Assembly (NCBI GenBank): GCA_001643675.2 | Contig: LSRY02000029.1 | Location: 1,149,021 to 1,213,020 of the forward strand | Source of the DNA: Monocercomonoides exilis PA203 | Lineage: Eukaryota; Protista; Preaxostyla | Reading direction: 5' to 3' | DNA length: 64,000 nt | Shown here: piece by piece, positions 27,001 to 40,597 of the stretch | Position numbering within the stretch: the stretch's first letter is position 1 | How the letters are laid out: every line of letters starts with the position of its first letter | Translations under genes and position numbers: made by a program | The notes under the pieces: model-generated | What the model was told of the DNA's origin: nothing | The model's input: the letters and a program-made list of their open reading frames with translations, nothing else | Databases searched by the model: none

Positions 27001-28695
27001 CAGTCGACAGGTACGACTCCATCGAGACTGTGGTTTGGTCGATTCCTTTCCCGATAAACTCGACGTCCCTCGTTTCGTATTCAGGCTTGTAAAATGGTTC
27101 GTACAGGGGTTCGGTGAGAAAGATGACTACACGCTCGTCGAGCGGGATGTCCCCGAGAAACGGTGGGAACTGGGCAGCTTTGTCGTCTATGTCGTTGATG
27201 TTGCCCTCAATCCAGTCTGACGTGAGCGAGGAATCGATGGTAAAGTACACAAGCCCTGACGAGCGTGTGGCGTAGCTGTCTGCGATGATTGGGCGGTCTT
27301 TGCTGAAGGGATGGTACCCTTCTATCACCAAATCATAACTCGAACCTTCTGTGGAGCAGTTGACAAAGCTCAAGTTTCTAAAAAGGATGGAGCAGAGAGG
27401 AAGCGAAGATGGTGTCGTAAAGGAAAGAGATAATGCTCCAAAGTTCGTTGACGTACAATAACACGAAACAAATCGCGCATTAATGATAAGCTCTAATTAT
27501 GAAGTGTATTCAAAGATTATTTTTTAAGAAAATAATTAATGATATTTTAAAATGAGAAATAAACACAATTTTCGAAATGAAACAAACCAGATTTCGATCG
27601 CACATCCGTAAGGGAAAGCGCAGAGCCCATCCGAAGAGCAGTGCAGTTAACTGTAAAAATGTCTCGCACACACAAATGAGTTAATATCGAGGCAATACAA
27701 AAGGCTCCTCCAATGCTATTTGGACCCAAAGCAGTGCAATTATTGACATCTAATTTTGTGAGAAGGCATTTGTCAATGTTCTTTAAGAAAATACACCCTC
27801 CGTTCCCGTTGGCAGTGCATCCGCTAAATCCACAAGAGGTGATGGTTACAATCGTCGAAGACTTAATTTCTGGTGAAACGATGAAAAGAGCACCTCCATT
27901 GCATTCATTACCTCCAGATGAACAGATTTGATCTGTACCAGCAGTACATCCGGAAAAAGTATCACCAAACATTGTTAAATTAGTAAGTATTTCTAAACGC
28001 TGCGAATAATCATTGTTTGATTTAAGATTATAATTTGAAATACGTTTCCTAAAACAATAATCAAATGTATTATTCATAGACTCGTACAACCCGAGATTTT
28101 GGTTAATTCCATGCAAAACACTTCCATAATAAACATTTTCACATGACAAAAAATAAGAGTGACTCAATAAAGCAGAATGAACAAAAGTTGATGATAAGTT
28201 GTGAAGTGGTTTGGGGCATGTAGTAATATTACGAAAATTGCAATCAAAAACTAATTCGTTCCCGCCAAAACCTTCGCTTAATAATGAAGAAAAAACATGT
28301 AAGGAATGCAAATTCGATTTGTAAAGAAATACTGAACCTGCATTTCTGAAATTACAAAATCCATGAAATTTTTGGAAATTACAGAAACCACAAGTTAGTG
28401 AAATGTTTGAAATGAATAACTTTCCACAATTATCCACTAAAGGTTGATTATGGAGCAGATTCCTATTTATTATTACGTTGCTTAACGTAAGAACAGAGGA
28501 AGTGTCCAAAATACCTATAAACTGGTAGGGTTGAACGGATATAAAAGGGTCAAAAAGTTGGATTGTTGAATTGTCCAAATGAAACAGAAGTAATGAAGAA
28601 CAGGAAAAATGTGATGAATATTTTGAAGTGGGTTGAATGTGGCAATGCGGGTAAAGAAATGCCACAAAAAATATAAAAAAGTAATCGTACATCAT
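24053..28695 (-). CDS. Large type I membrane/surface protein with beta-helix-like GG-motif repeats (ORFs 28695-27547 and 27373-24053, probably one spliced gene)
   Basis: Hydrophobic N-terminus; repeated F..C.A..NGGAL/GGCIF motifs; single TM IIVISAVIPVIVILAVLVVVVCVV followed by KRR. Confidence 0.7.
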
Positions 28696-29053
28696 ACGAC
28701 TACCTTAAAAGCTGCTTCCAAAGTTTATCAAATGAATATAAAGAAAAAATAATTGATGATCATTAATAACATAATTTGTTTTCAGAATTAAAAAGTTCAT
28801 GCGAATATAATTATTGCAGTTAAATCAAACAAGTTTGGCTTGAAAAGTGGAAAAATAAGAAATATGTTTTCTTTATGAAATTCTTCTTGATATAATTCTT
28901 TCATTCAAGCAAAGAACAAAAATTTCTTTCAGCAAAGGATTGACTTTTCAAAATATTCACCTGAAATTATTCAAAATGGAAATTTTTCAATCTATTTTAA
29001 ACATCTGCGTCACCTTGGAAAAGTAGAGACCAAGTCAATCAGTGCCCGTCAGT

Positions 29054-29054
<1 letters not shown>

Positions 29055-29106
<52 letters not shown>
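29055..29106 (+). repeat. Pure poly(T) run of about 52 nt
   Basis: Read directly from the sequence. Confidence 0.9.
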
Positions 29107-29109
<3 letters not shown>

Positions 29110-29642
29110 TGGAAAATTGGTGACGAACGTGACGAATTTTTTTCTTCACCTCACCCAGGGCTAGAAAGAATAATAATGATAATGTTGGAGAAAAAGTTAG
29201 GAACAAATAGTTGTTTTTTCGTCAAGAAAAAAATTTCGTTCCATATTTTTTCCCTGTTTTTATCAGATATTAAGGTTTTAATAGTTGAAAACAATTGAAG
29301 GTTTGATCAACATTATTTCTGGACAGATCAACATTAATTACGGGCAGACGGTGAAAATTTCACCCCACATTTAGAAAAATTTTCCATAATTATTACCATT
29401 TAGTTTCTTTGAAAAATTTATGACTATCGCAAATGTTGAAAACAATTTCCAAAGCACATTTAGTCTGCTTACTAATATTTTTATGCACAGTTGCTGATAA
29501 AATTTCCAAAGATATATTTTCAGTCTAAAATTTTTATTGAAAAAACACTTCTTTAAATCATTCGCGTATAATTTGGAATTTGGCAATTAAAAATTTGAAA
29601 AACATAAACATACAATATATTTTATAGTGAAAGCTCATTGGA

Positions 29643-31460
29643 ATGCTTGTTCTTGCAACTCCAGTAGAAAGCGATCATCCAATCCATGGAGGATTTTGTG
29701 ACCACAGGAATAATCCAAGGTTAACTGCAGTAATAGTTTATAAATACGAAAAGATTATACGAAGGCAAGGTGAGCTATCAAAAAAACAATCAGCAGCAAT
29801 TGTTAGCACTCAACCACAATTAGAAAAACTTGAAGAAATAAGAAAAGCTGAAACATCCTTTCTGAAAGCGAATTTCATAAAGAAGATTGACACAACAACG
29901 ATTTAAACGAAGAAATAACAAACGAATGAACAGAGAAGCTTTTTTCAATATCATCCAGATTTTCATCATACTGAAACCTCAGCCGATATTGCAAAAAGAA
30001 AATTCACATTATATTTTAGGAACTGAAAGAAAAGTTTCCATAAGATGATGAAGGAACAAAGGGTCAAGAATAGTCATCTCGAACAGAAACAGAACCTGTT
30101 CAACAGCGAGGATATATGGCGCTTATGGATGAGTTCTTACTTCATCACATTGTTATGAAAAAGGGAAGAACTGTCATTAACACTCCTGAATTCGAGTCCT
30201 TTGCCCGCACATATAAAGATTACTGGTCAAGAATCAACGAGGCGCTGATCCAATTCGAGGACTGGGCGGAAGATAATGCGTTGGACCTTCTGTTTTTCGA
30301 TGGAAAGAAGATTGCTGATTTTGCTCTTAGCGAATGGCTTGTACTTTCATCACAAAGTGCCTTGACTTCTTCTTCTTCTTCCACGTCAACGGTCACTTCG
30401 TCTACTTCTTCTCAACTTCAATCGTCTTCTGCATTGCATCGTTCCACTCGCATTGAATATGCAAATCTGAAAGAAGAGCAAATGTTGAGCTGCCTTGTGA
30501 ACATTGATGCAGTGATGGCTTGTCTGAGGCAGCTTGGCCAATGCTTCAAACAAGGAAAGAGAGAAAACAAAGCTTCAAAGGCTATTTTCATTCAGTGAAT
30601 GAGGATGCAGCTGACTTTACGTTACTGTCGAAGAGAGTCAATGAAAGGAAAGGCAGAGACATTCATTCAAAGAAGATAGATGGCATTTCAGATAAGGCAA
30701 TGGCCCCAGCAAAAACTGGATGAGCTGCAAGGAGGGCGAAAAAGAGAAGTGTCTGAAGCTGTAGCCGAAGTTGTATGAAGAATTAGACATCATCAAAGAA
30801 GACAAATGAGCATTCATTCATCTTCTGTCACTCTGGCTGGATGAAAGGCTCAAATGTTCAATAAACACGCATAAGCCTACTGATTTGAAGCTCATCAGGA
30901 ACATTAGCATTTCACCTAAGCTATTATCTCAATTGCAGATACGACAACTCTATTCACTTCAGCTTCTACTTTCTCTTCTTCTTCTCATTTAAAAATCTCT
31001 CCTGAAGAAACCATTTTCCATATGTTCCTGTCGCTCGAAATCGTCATCTTTTTGCAAATGATCGATCTTTTCTGGTCCGAATGAAAAATTTGTTTTTGCA
31101 TAGTCAAGAAAAGATTGAACGGATATGAATTTGCCATCTTAAGTTAGCTTTCTTTCTACAGAAATAGCTCTTCATCTTTATTTTTCTTTGCGATTTCATC
31201 TTCTTCATCTTCTCCATCAGTCTATTCTTTTCCTAATAATCACTCTGCTTCTCTCTTTTCAAGTGTATCTGAAAATAAGAGAAGAAGGTGGCTGCATCAT
31301 CAACTGCTCTTTCGATTAACACTTCGAATGGATCAAATGGGACAACTTTATTCACAACAGCAGGAATTATGAATTACATCAAGAGACGCCTGAGTTATGA
31401 AATGTTTAAAGCAGCTTGAATGCACGAATTCCATGCATTATACACATTGCAGCTTCTTCT
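29643..31460 (+). pseudogene. IQCH: IQCH-like (IQ-motif protein H) pseudogene fragment
   Basis: LMDEFLLHHIVMKKGRTVINTPEFESFARTY..W resembles the conserved IQCH N-terminal block; flanking coding-like DNA is broken by stops and frameshifts. Confidence 0.6.
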
Positions 31461-32558
31461 TCTTCTTCTTCTTCTTCTCTTTCTTCTATCTCCACTTATG
31501 CTGCATTTGTCTCAATGTAGTTGTTGCTTCTGGATGTGCTGTTTAGTTCAAGTGCATTGCATTGCCTAATCATGTGGAGCTTTTCGGAGATGCATTCTTC
31601 TCCAGAGATATCTCCGCTTTCATCACTTGCAGCGTTGGCGAGCACGAAGCCTGGGAGCAGGATAATTATTGAAATGGAAAAAAGGAATTTTCAATTGGTA
31701 CATCTTCTGATCTGTTTGAGCTGTTACTGAAACATTCTGAGATAATGCTTTTTGTTTTGCTTTTAATGATGCTGAGGCATATGACGGAGTAAAAACTGGA
31801 AATCAAAGCGAGTTGACAAGAATCTACTTTGTGGTTTAATGGAGTTAAATTCAAAAAGGTGCACCAAGCGGCAGGGATGGGGATTGGAGAGGCTATCTGT
31901 TTTTGGTGTGCAACTGAGTTAGCTATGAGGAGGAGGAGGAGGGGAAGAAAAAAGATGGAGGGCAATAATTCATTCAAAGAAGTTTCTTGAGAAACTAATT
32001 TTAAATATTTTTCTTTTTTCTTTTTTTGAAATAGTAAACAAAAAATTTTTTATTTATAATTCATTAGGTTTTTTCCATTTTGTGATATAAATAAAAAAGA
32101 AATAAATAATTTTTGAGTTACAAAAATGGAAAAAGGAAAAGGAAAAGAAAATTGAAAAAATGAAAAATAGAATAATATAAAAAAGAAAAGAAAAGAAAAT
32201 GATTTTTGAGTAGCAAAATAAGTTTCATTTTCTCAGTCATTTACATTTCAGATGATAATTTTTCATTCAATTCAATAAAAGTTTTCAATTTTAAAAAACG
32301 GATGTAAACAACCGTTTGCGGATATAGAGAATAATCAAAAAAGAAAAATTAGCATTGTGAAAAAACAAAATATGAAACAGTTCATTTCTTCAAGCATTTA
32401 CTGAACAGTCAGAAACAGATAATACAGAAACAAATATTTTTGTTTTTTAATAAAAAACGCTCAAAGAAATATTGAATCATTAATCAATCAAATAAAAAAT
32501 AAATAATTAAATAATTAAAAATAAATTAAAATTTGTTAACAAAGAGAGTTTCATTTTC

Positions 32559-34004
32559 TCAAATATTCACAGAATAATCAGAAATATTCAATGATAATCT
32601 ATTTTTGTTTTTTTCGTTTAGAAAACCAAACATTTTATGAAAACTCTCAATGCAATCTTCGTATCCTTCTTCTTCCATCTTTTCAAATATCTTTCTTTTC
32701 AACTCTTTTCTTTTTTCTTCGTTAGGTTCATCATCCTTCTTTTCATTAAATCTTCTTGAAATATTCAAAAAGAAAATCAAAAAATCTTCCAAAAATACTT
32801 CATTTTTTGTTGATTGATTCATTTCTTCCAAACATAGATCCATAGCGCCTTCCTTCAGTAAAACATCAATTTTCATATTTTTTTTCATCGCTGCATCTCT
32901 TAAAGACATTATACACCATACGCACATGTCAGTATAATTTTCCTTTGCTGCTCGAAACATATTCACAAGGATACCAATGAGTTCATCAAGTTCTTCGTTC
33001 CACAGTGTGCATGGTAATATGTAATCATAAATTACACCGAGCCATCTCCTAATTAATGTCGCTTCTGTTCTTCCATCTTCTTCTTCTTTTTTCTTCCAGT
33101 CGATCCATTTTGACAGCTCTTCTAATTCTCTTGCTGCCTCCCTTCCAAAATGCAGCTCATTCACAATTACGCTTTCCACATCTCCATAGTAGAAATTTCT
33201 TTTGATTAAAAACTGCCAAAGTGACTCTGAAGCTAGTCTCGTCAGATTCTTGTGTTTCTGATGATATTCAATGATCGCTTTGAATTCATTCATATACAAT
33301 TCTTGTTCCACAAACTTTCAAAATAAAAAGGAAAAAAAATCTGTGAAAAGAAAATGAAATAGGAATGCTCAAACGAAAAGCATGTCAATGCGATTCAGTG
33401 CCAATAAAGCCATTTCCACTTCTTTTTGAGTCTCCTCGGTTTCCTCTTTCTTCGAGGCAACCTTCAGAAGGACGAGAATACAAATTACAAGCAATTCAGA
33501 TAAGAAGGAGCAACTAAGCGTAAGATAGGATTCACAAAGATCAACAAGAAGCTTTTCGTTTCTTCCTTCTTTTTTCTTATATTCTTCAATCATCACGGCT
33601 TCGAATCTTTTGATCAACAAAGACGTTTCAAAGAATCGATTCCAGACAAATTTTAACACAAAGTTATATCCAATGCGCTTCAACAATAAACATGCATTTT
33701 CCATAGTAATTTTCTTTTCTTCAATCATTTTGTCAATTTCATTGAACTGTTCTTCTGAGAAAATGGACTCCAATTCACTTTGCTTCATTTCTTCCGCCAT
33801 TTCATTCATTTTCTCAATTTTCTGCATTTGTTCATCTTCTCTACAATGTTCCAGTTCACAAAGCAATTCTTTAAGAGATATTCAAAATTCAAAAATTTTA
33901 TTCAAAATTGTTCAATCAAAATAAAATGGCAAACTTGAAAATTGTTCTGTTCTGGTCATCATTTGTATTCTGTCTTCAGGTTTATCATTTTCGCATGTAC
34001 TCAT
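32559..34004 (-). CDS. Member of a lineage-specific multicopy E/K-rich helical protein family (about 3 exons)
   Basis: ORFs 33912-34097, 33369-33866 and 32559-33311 separated by intron-like gaps; motifs LLVDLCE, KKEETEETQKEVEMALLAL, VNELHFGREAARELE, EKMEEEGYED; a paralog lies at 34852-36050. Confidence 0.7.
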
Positions 34005-34454
34005 TCTGTTTGTTGCAAAAAATATACAAAAAGAGGAGCAAAGCTTGGCAAGCAACAAAATAAAAGATAAATACAAACAACATTGATTATCTTGCAAAAC
34101 AAAAACGATTGCAATAAAAACTGTTTTGCTTTTGTTATATAAAAGAAATGCAAAAGAAATTGCGAAAAATCCTCAAGGATTGGCTGTATGAAGCCAAAAA
34201 TGGTAATTTTTAGTTTCTATTTGATCAAACCAACAGTTTATTAGAAAAATAATTAAATTTTCAAAAGACGTTCACTTTTTAATAACAATTTTTTATTGAA
34301 TGGAATAAATTTCAAATCCTTGAGTGCATCAGGGCACTCTTCCTCAAATCCACTTCCACCTTCGAATTCTGCATTTAATTCATATTTAGATGTTTGTCAT
34401 TTTTCATTGATAATGTTTCTTATTATCATTTCTTTTTGATTTGCATTTAAGTAA

Positions 34455-34619
34455 CAAACAAATGTGATACAGCAAGTGATGCAGAGCACAAATTTTTCTG
34501 CTCAGTCTGCTTGGAATTGTCTTTCTGCAGTTGGCTGGGATATTGCAAAGGCTGCAGAACTTTTCAAAAAAATGAAGGAAAAAGGAAAATTGACTTCATA
34601 TATGTTTGCAAATACATAG
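34455..34619 (+). pseudogene. Orphan TAP-C (NXF1/Mex67 C-terminal UBA-like) domain fragment
   Basis: Own translation: VIQQVMQSTNFSAQSAWNCLSAVGWDIAKAAELFKKMKEKGKLTSYMF*, matching the TAP-C pattern (T.M/F..W/S..CL...WD...A..F......G.I). An in-frame TAA lies immediately upstream and there are no LRR/NTF2 exons. Confidence 0.65.
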
Positions 34620-34851
34620 TCTGGTTCAAAGAAAATGATTCGATCATTGTATCAGTTACAACAAACAAAAAATGATTAAGCGTTTTTTCTCTTTTACACA
34701 TTGCCAAATATATTGGATGACTGTATGAATGCATATATTTTTACGACTATTTTGAGTTTTCCTTATTCACCAATTTCATCTATCCAGCGATATGCGTGTT
34801 CAACATGAATATCAAGCAAGTGCATTTTTCTGAATACAATGTTTAAAGAAA

Positions 34852-36050
34852 ATGTTGGGAAAAGATGCACAAAAAAGTTCAGAGATCTTCAATTGCTGTT
34901 GTGTTAGAATTCTTCTTAATTGTATTTCTTTTATATTTTTTATCGAAAAATTGATTTATGAAGTGGAATTTTTCAATGATGATAAACAGAAACAGAAAAT
35001 CCAAGAAATGAATGGACTTTTGGAAGAGGTGCGCAGGGAAGATTTTCAATTTATTTTCACTAAAACCGTTCAACGAAATATACGAAACGATAAAAGAAAA
35101 GATACTTTTGATGAAAAATACAATTTTGATGTTGAAGTGCATTGGATATTTGAATATGCCGAGAGAAATATTGTTCATGGCTTAACAAGATCTTCTTTGA
35201 ATGAAAGATTTGAAGAGATGATTATTAAAGAAGATCAGAAAAAAGAATGAAAGAACGAAAATCTTCTTGTTGAACTATGTGAATGCAATATTTTGATTGG
35301 AAGGTGGTTTTCTTTAGAATTGATTTCGATTAGCTTGGCTTGTCTTCTGAAAGTTGCATTGAGGAAAGAGGAAGACGAGGAGACCCAAAAGGAAGTGGAA
35401 ATGACGTTGATTGCTTTTAGAAATATTGATCATTATGTATGAAAATTTCTCTTTCATTTTTAATATTTTTGATTTTTTCTTAGTTTTTTTGATAAGAGAA
35501 CAGAAAAAAATCAGTATTTGAATGAAATCAAAGATATTATCCAATATCAACAGGAACATAGAAAATTGACACGACTTGCATATCAGTCTGTTTTGGAGTG
35601 TTTGCTGGACAGATTTGAGGAAGATGAAAGTTTGGAAGAAGTGGTTGTGAATGAATTGCATTTTGGAAGAGCAGCAAAAGCATTGGAAGATCAAGCTGTG
35701 GATGCAGATTGGAAGAAGAAGCGAAAGAATCGCTTATTATCTGGGGACGGCCTTCTTCAATAAAAATTTTTATATCACATTGCAACAAGAGGAACGAAGA
35801 TTTCGCTGGGCTTATCTGCAGCATTACACTATTATAACGAGTATCAAAAGATAATTGCAAAGATATTCACGTTCATTGCCTTCATTGATAAAGAAGAGCT
35901 GCAGAAATGGAAGCTGTGAAAGATGAAGAGTCGTTGAAAGAAGACCGTTGTATTCTCAGTGTTAACTACGTATTTGTTTCTTTCAAAAACTTCTTGAAAG
36001 AAAATGAATGCTACAAGAAACAGGAGATAGAAGAGAATGAAAAAGGAAAA
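34852..36050 (+). pseudogene. Decayed paralog of the 32559-34004 family
   Basis: Shared motifs KQKIQEMNG, LLVELCEC, ETQKEVEM, IQYQQEHRKLTRLAYQS, VVNELHFGR with stops and frameshifts. Confidence 0.8.
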
Positions 36051-36203
36051 GAAGTGCAGCTCCGATGAAAATGTCTTCCGGGAAATCTCAGGGTCGATCG
36101 CATCTTATAAACACTCAAAATACACTAGAATATTTTTTTACAGACATCTCTTTCTCAAAGCCTTCTCGAGCAAAACTGAAGAAGTTAAAGAAGATGATAA
36201 TGA

Positions 36204-37900
36204 TTAAGTATGACAAGATATGGCTCCTTCGCCCTCCCTCTGCCACGCCATCGCCTCGTGGAACTGCACCACATGCTGCCCGTCCACCAGCAGCAGCCCG
36301 AAGCAGATAGCCCCTTCCACCTCGTTCCTCCCCAGCTGCAGTACAGCCTTCAGCAGTTTAAGCAGCTGCTTCATTGGCACAGAAGGCTGCAATGTGAGCA
36401 TTATCCGAGGGATATACTCCATTTCGTTATCCACATGTTCCAGCTACCAAGACACTGAGTTCGTCAACTCCTCCATAATCATTGGCACTTCCAGAAAAGA
36501 ATGAACATCTGTCTCTTTCTCCTTTTCTTCATCTTCCCTTCTAATGCCTGCTCAGCCGCAGCGCTGTTTTTCATTCGAAGTCATCATTTTCTTTTGCTCC
36601 TGCTTCTTTTGCGCGAGCGCCATCCACTGTTTCTCAATCACCTCCTTGAACAGCGCCTTCAGCTCGCTAATCTTCTGCTCCTTCACTTTCGACAGCACCA
36701 TCAGCATCTTCATTTTCCTTCTCTATCTTGTTCATCTTTTGCTGCACCGTTACATCTGCTCTTCCACTACCGCCTCCACCACTGCTATTTATTTTTCTCG
36801 CAACACTCACCCTGCTCCCCACTTTTGCAACAACCCCCTTCCCATTCAGGTGTGGCCAAAGCGTTAAGGAGCTTCCATTGTTGACGATCTCTGTTAACTT
36901 CTCCTGGCATTTTTCACACAGCACCAACGGCAGAATCAAAAGCCAAAGATGGAACCACCCCATTATTCGCGCAAATTAATGAAGAAGATATGAAAAGCAC
37001 AACCCCAGACCAGCCAGTTTCCACTTGCCATCCACACTCACAAATCCACCATTATGCGTCCGACGCTTCTTCTCCTTCTCCATTAAATTCATTAGTTAAC
37101 TCCAATTTCTCCTTCACCTCCACAAACTGCACCCGCGGCTCCTTTATCTCTGTGTTGAACTTCTCGCTAAATCGCAGAGTCTTTATCTCATGAATCAATA
37201 TTATCAAGCTATTCTTCTGAAGCCAATCCATCAGTCCACTCGCATGGTTCTTAATTTGCTCATCGTCTCGGTTGTTTTTCAACAGCATATTTATCTTCAA
37301 ACTCCTCTTCTCCATCTCCTGTTTTTCCTCCTCGTGCTCCTCCTTCTGCTACTGAATCCTCATCCCCAGCTCCTTCTTCTACCCCTCCAGCTCCGCAATC
37401 TGACTTCGCACTTTCCGCACCACTTGCTTTGCATCTGCATAGCATTAGCCTTCTTCGTCTGGCTACGTCTCCAAACGCCTTGACTGCTGCATCAGAGGAA
37501 CCAGCCATTCTAACACCGAAGGCAGAAGCGACGGTCAAGCAGATCAGAGAGGGGGAATTCACATTTTCCTTTGAAATGATTTGCTTGCTTCTTCGACGGT
37601 TTTCCTTCCAATTCCTTAAGCGGAGAGCTGAAAATGTCTGAAGCACCTCATTGTGCGCGCACAACACTCATGCAGCAGCACACTCCACGTCACAACGCCT
37701 CCTCGTAGCAACTGCGACAGCGGCAGGTGCCATGCATACAACCCAGACGCCTCAGACACAACAATTCTCAGTCTCATCTCGATGTTACTCATAGCTGCTG
37801 CAAACGTGTATGACACCGATGCCTCCACCACCGAGGCATCCGAAGGGTCAATTGCAGGTGCGGTGGATGACATTGATGACAACGATGATGATGATTATTC
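36204..37900 (-). pseudogene. GC-richer fragmented coding-like sequence of unknown identity
   Basis: Series of short protein-like minus-strand ORFs (37882-37616, 37667-37260, 37315-37052, 36963-36667, 36434-36204) linked by frameshifts or stops. Confidence 0.45.
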
Positions 37901-38151
37901 ATCTCTTGATGCTTTCTTCTCTTCGCTTCTCAACCACAGGAATGGAAAAGCAGACGAAGAATACAAAAAGTTCTGAGAGAAGAGAAGGCTGCTGCGCTTC
38001 AACCGCAAAAAGATTCTTTTTGAGAAAGATCTTAACATCAATCAACAGCTCCAATGGAAACACAAACACAACATCCACATTCGGATCAGAATGATCAACC
38101 AGCTGCGAAAGCTCATCATCATCTGGCGATTTGAGAATATATTCTGTTTTA

Positions 38152-38174
38152 TCTCTTTCTCTTTCTCTTTCTCT

Positions 38175-38253
<79 letters not shown>

Positions 38254-38262
38254 TCTCTCTCT
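38152..38262 (+). repeat. (CT)n/(CTCTTT)n microsatellite
   Basis: Read directly from the sequence. Confidence 0.95.
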
Positions 38263-39940
38263 TGTTTTTCTTCATTTTTGGCTTCTGCTTCTGCTTCTGC
38301 AACTTCTTCTGCATTTTGCTGATCACTCCTTCAATGTGATATCCATGATGGACTTCTTTGAATGCTTCAGGATGCGCAGAAAAGACGAGCAACAGGAGAC
38401 ATCTTAACAAACACAGAAATTGAAAGAGCGAGTAACCTCTTCACATACCAATTTTTCAGCACATTCTCATTCAATTCTATCACATCAACCAAAAATCGGG
38501 AGGAAATATCAGATGAAATGAAAATTGACAACGACGAAGGCGAAGAAGACGAAGATGATGATAACGAAGAAAAAGAAGAAGAAGAAGAGAAAGAGGAAGA
38601 GGAAACAAAAGAAGAAAAAGATAATAAGGGATTGGGGAAAGACACACACAACAAAGCATTCCAATTCCCTCAGAAGCCAAAGGTTAGTATTCATCAAAAG
38701 CAAAAGAAGATGATTAGGGATGAATTATGTGGCACATTGGAAAAGCCTGAAAAGTTGCCTGGGTCATTTTGTGGGGAAGAAATGTTTCCTCTTCTGCCAC
38801 ATATGGGAGAACAGAGGGAAGAAGGAGGGGAAGGGAAGAGAGGAGCAGCAAAGCATCGTCTTCTTGGTTGGAACAATGAAATTCAGAATTGCATGAAAAG
38901 AGGGAATATGATGAATGAGCATCATCCTTCTCCTTCTTCACCATCATCACCATCATCTGCTTCAAATGCATTGAATGTTGGGAGTCACCCTCATTTTGAG
39001 CATCCAAGTAGCAGTGCTTCTGTCACGATGTAACAAGAAGAATGCAAACAGATTCCAATATCATCATCATCATAATCATCATCATCATATATGATCTCGA
39101 ATTCGAGTGATTGTGATTGTGATTGCAATTGTTTCTGTCTGATTACACACACAATTTGAGAGTGTCAACCACACGCCGATGCTGTCAAATATCCTCTTTT
39201 GGAAGTGCTAGTGAAGGCTCTGATTGCTACTGTGTGCAAATGCCTTCTCCACCTCCACACTCTTCAGACACGCTGCCTCTTCATCTTCCTCTTCATCTTC
39301 TTCGCTTTTATTTTCCTCAGCATTTTTGTCACCATCGTGGATATCTTCATTTTTTCCTCCACAACGTCGTCTTCCTTTTCATCATCATCTTCAATCACAG
39401 TATGTTTCATGTCTCCATTCGGATTATTATCTTCGTTTGACTTAGCCACATCAAAATGCTTGCTGTTTGATGAACAATGATAATTTTTTGGGAGAGTTGA
39501 GAAATGAAAAAGAAAATGGATCAAAAGTCGATGAGAAAGAAATGAGCAGAGAAATAGCAGAAGAGCAATATGAATATGAAGAAGGAAAAGAAGAAGAAGA
39601 AGAATATTCTGAGAGAGAGAGGGAGAGAGGGAACTTCAGAGATGAGGAGGGAGAAGGAGAAAATTGGATTGATGATTGATGATTGGGCTGTTAAAGAAGA
39701 AAGGAAAAAGCAGAAACGGAAATATTGATTGTATTTCTGTAATGGGTTCTATTTCTCCGAAATATTCATCTTCTTCCTTCTTTCTTCTTCCTCGTCTGTT
39801 TTATCACAATCTTCACCATCAAAACAAGAAAGATTATCTTCAATGCCTTCTTTTCTTCTTCTGTTTCATGTTCTTCACTGCTTTCTGCATCCTCATCCAA
39901 TTCATCCTCTCAAACAATACAGTCTTCCTCTGCCTTTGGG

Positions 39941-40597
39941 TTGTATTGCACCTATTTCACTTCTTCTTCTTCACCATCTTCTTCTTCACCATCTTCTTCC
40001 TCTTCTTCTTCAAAAGAAAAACCAGCTAAATTTCCTACAGAAATACAGATAATCCCGTCAAAGAGAATAAAAAGAATAAAAAGAATAAAAAGAAGAAATA
40101 ACGAAGAAAGTGATGAACCATCATCATTTTCATCATCATCCTCTTCTTCTTCACCATCTTCTTCCTCCTCTTCTGATTCTGATTCTTCCTCTGACTCTTC
40201 TGAATCAGAATCTTCTTCTTCTTCTCCAGAAAAGAAGAACAACAACAAAATGATATCAAGCCCAAATCTTGCTCCCAGCTCATCCTCAGCCAACAATAAC
40301 GAGTCATCTCCTTCTCCTTCTCCTTCTCCTTCTCCTTCTCCCTCTCCCTCTCCCTCTCGCCACACCCCCTTCCGCCGTGTCGATCCGTCCAAGTATGTGA
40401 TTACTGACCCGCGGCTGGCAGACAACAGCTTCGAGATGAAAGGCGAGGCGTGGGGCAAGAAGGCGTCGGAGAAGCTGCTGCAGACTCGGGGAAAAGGATT
40501 CAGGGCAGCGAAGACGAAGCTGAAGAGAGGGACGTATCAGGGAGGGCAGATCGGGATGGGGATCAATTCGGTGAAGCTGGGGGATGAGGAAGAGTAA
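39941..40597 (+). CDS. SRP40/Nopp140 C-terminal domain with Ser-rich linker; probably a 5'-truncated copy
   Basis: PFRRVDP..LADNSF..WGKKASEKLLQTRGKGFRAAKTKLKRGTYQGGQI..NSVKL is the SRP40_C pattern; no clean N-terminal exons upstream. Confidence 0.8.
   Translation: MYCTYFTSSSSPSSSSPSSSSSSSKEKPAKFPTEIQIIPSKRIKRIKRIKRRNNEESDEPSSFSSSSSSSSPSSSSSSDSDSSSDSSESESSSSSPEKKNNNKMISSPNLAPSSSSANNNESSPSPSPSPSPSPSPSPSRHTPFRRVDPSKYVITDPRLADNSFEMKGEAWGKKASEKLLQTRGKGFRAAKTKLKRGTYQGGQIGMGINSVKLGDEEE

Noticed and set aside
38042-39700. ORFs such as poly-ER, poly-SL and 38362-39033 as real genes
   Set aside because: Produced by microsatellite and low-complexity sequence; no recognisable domain.
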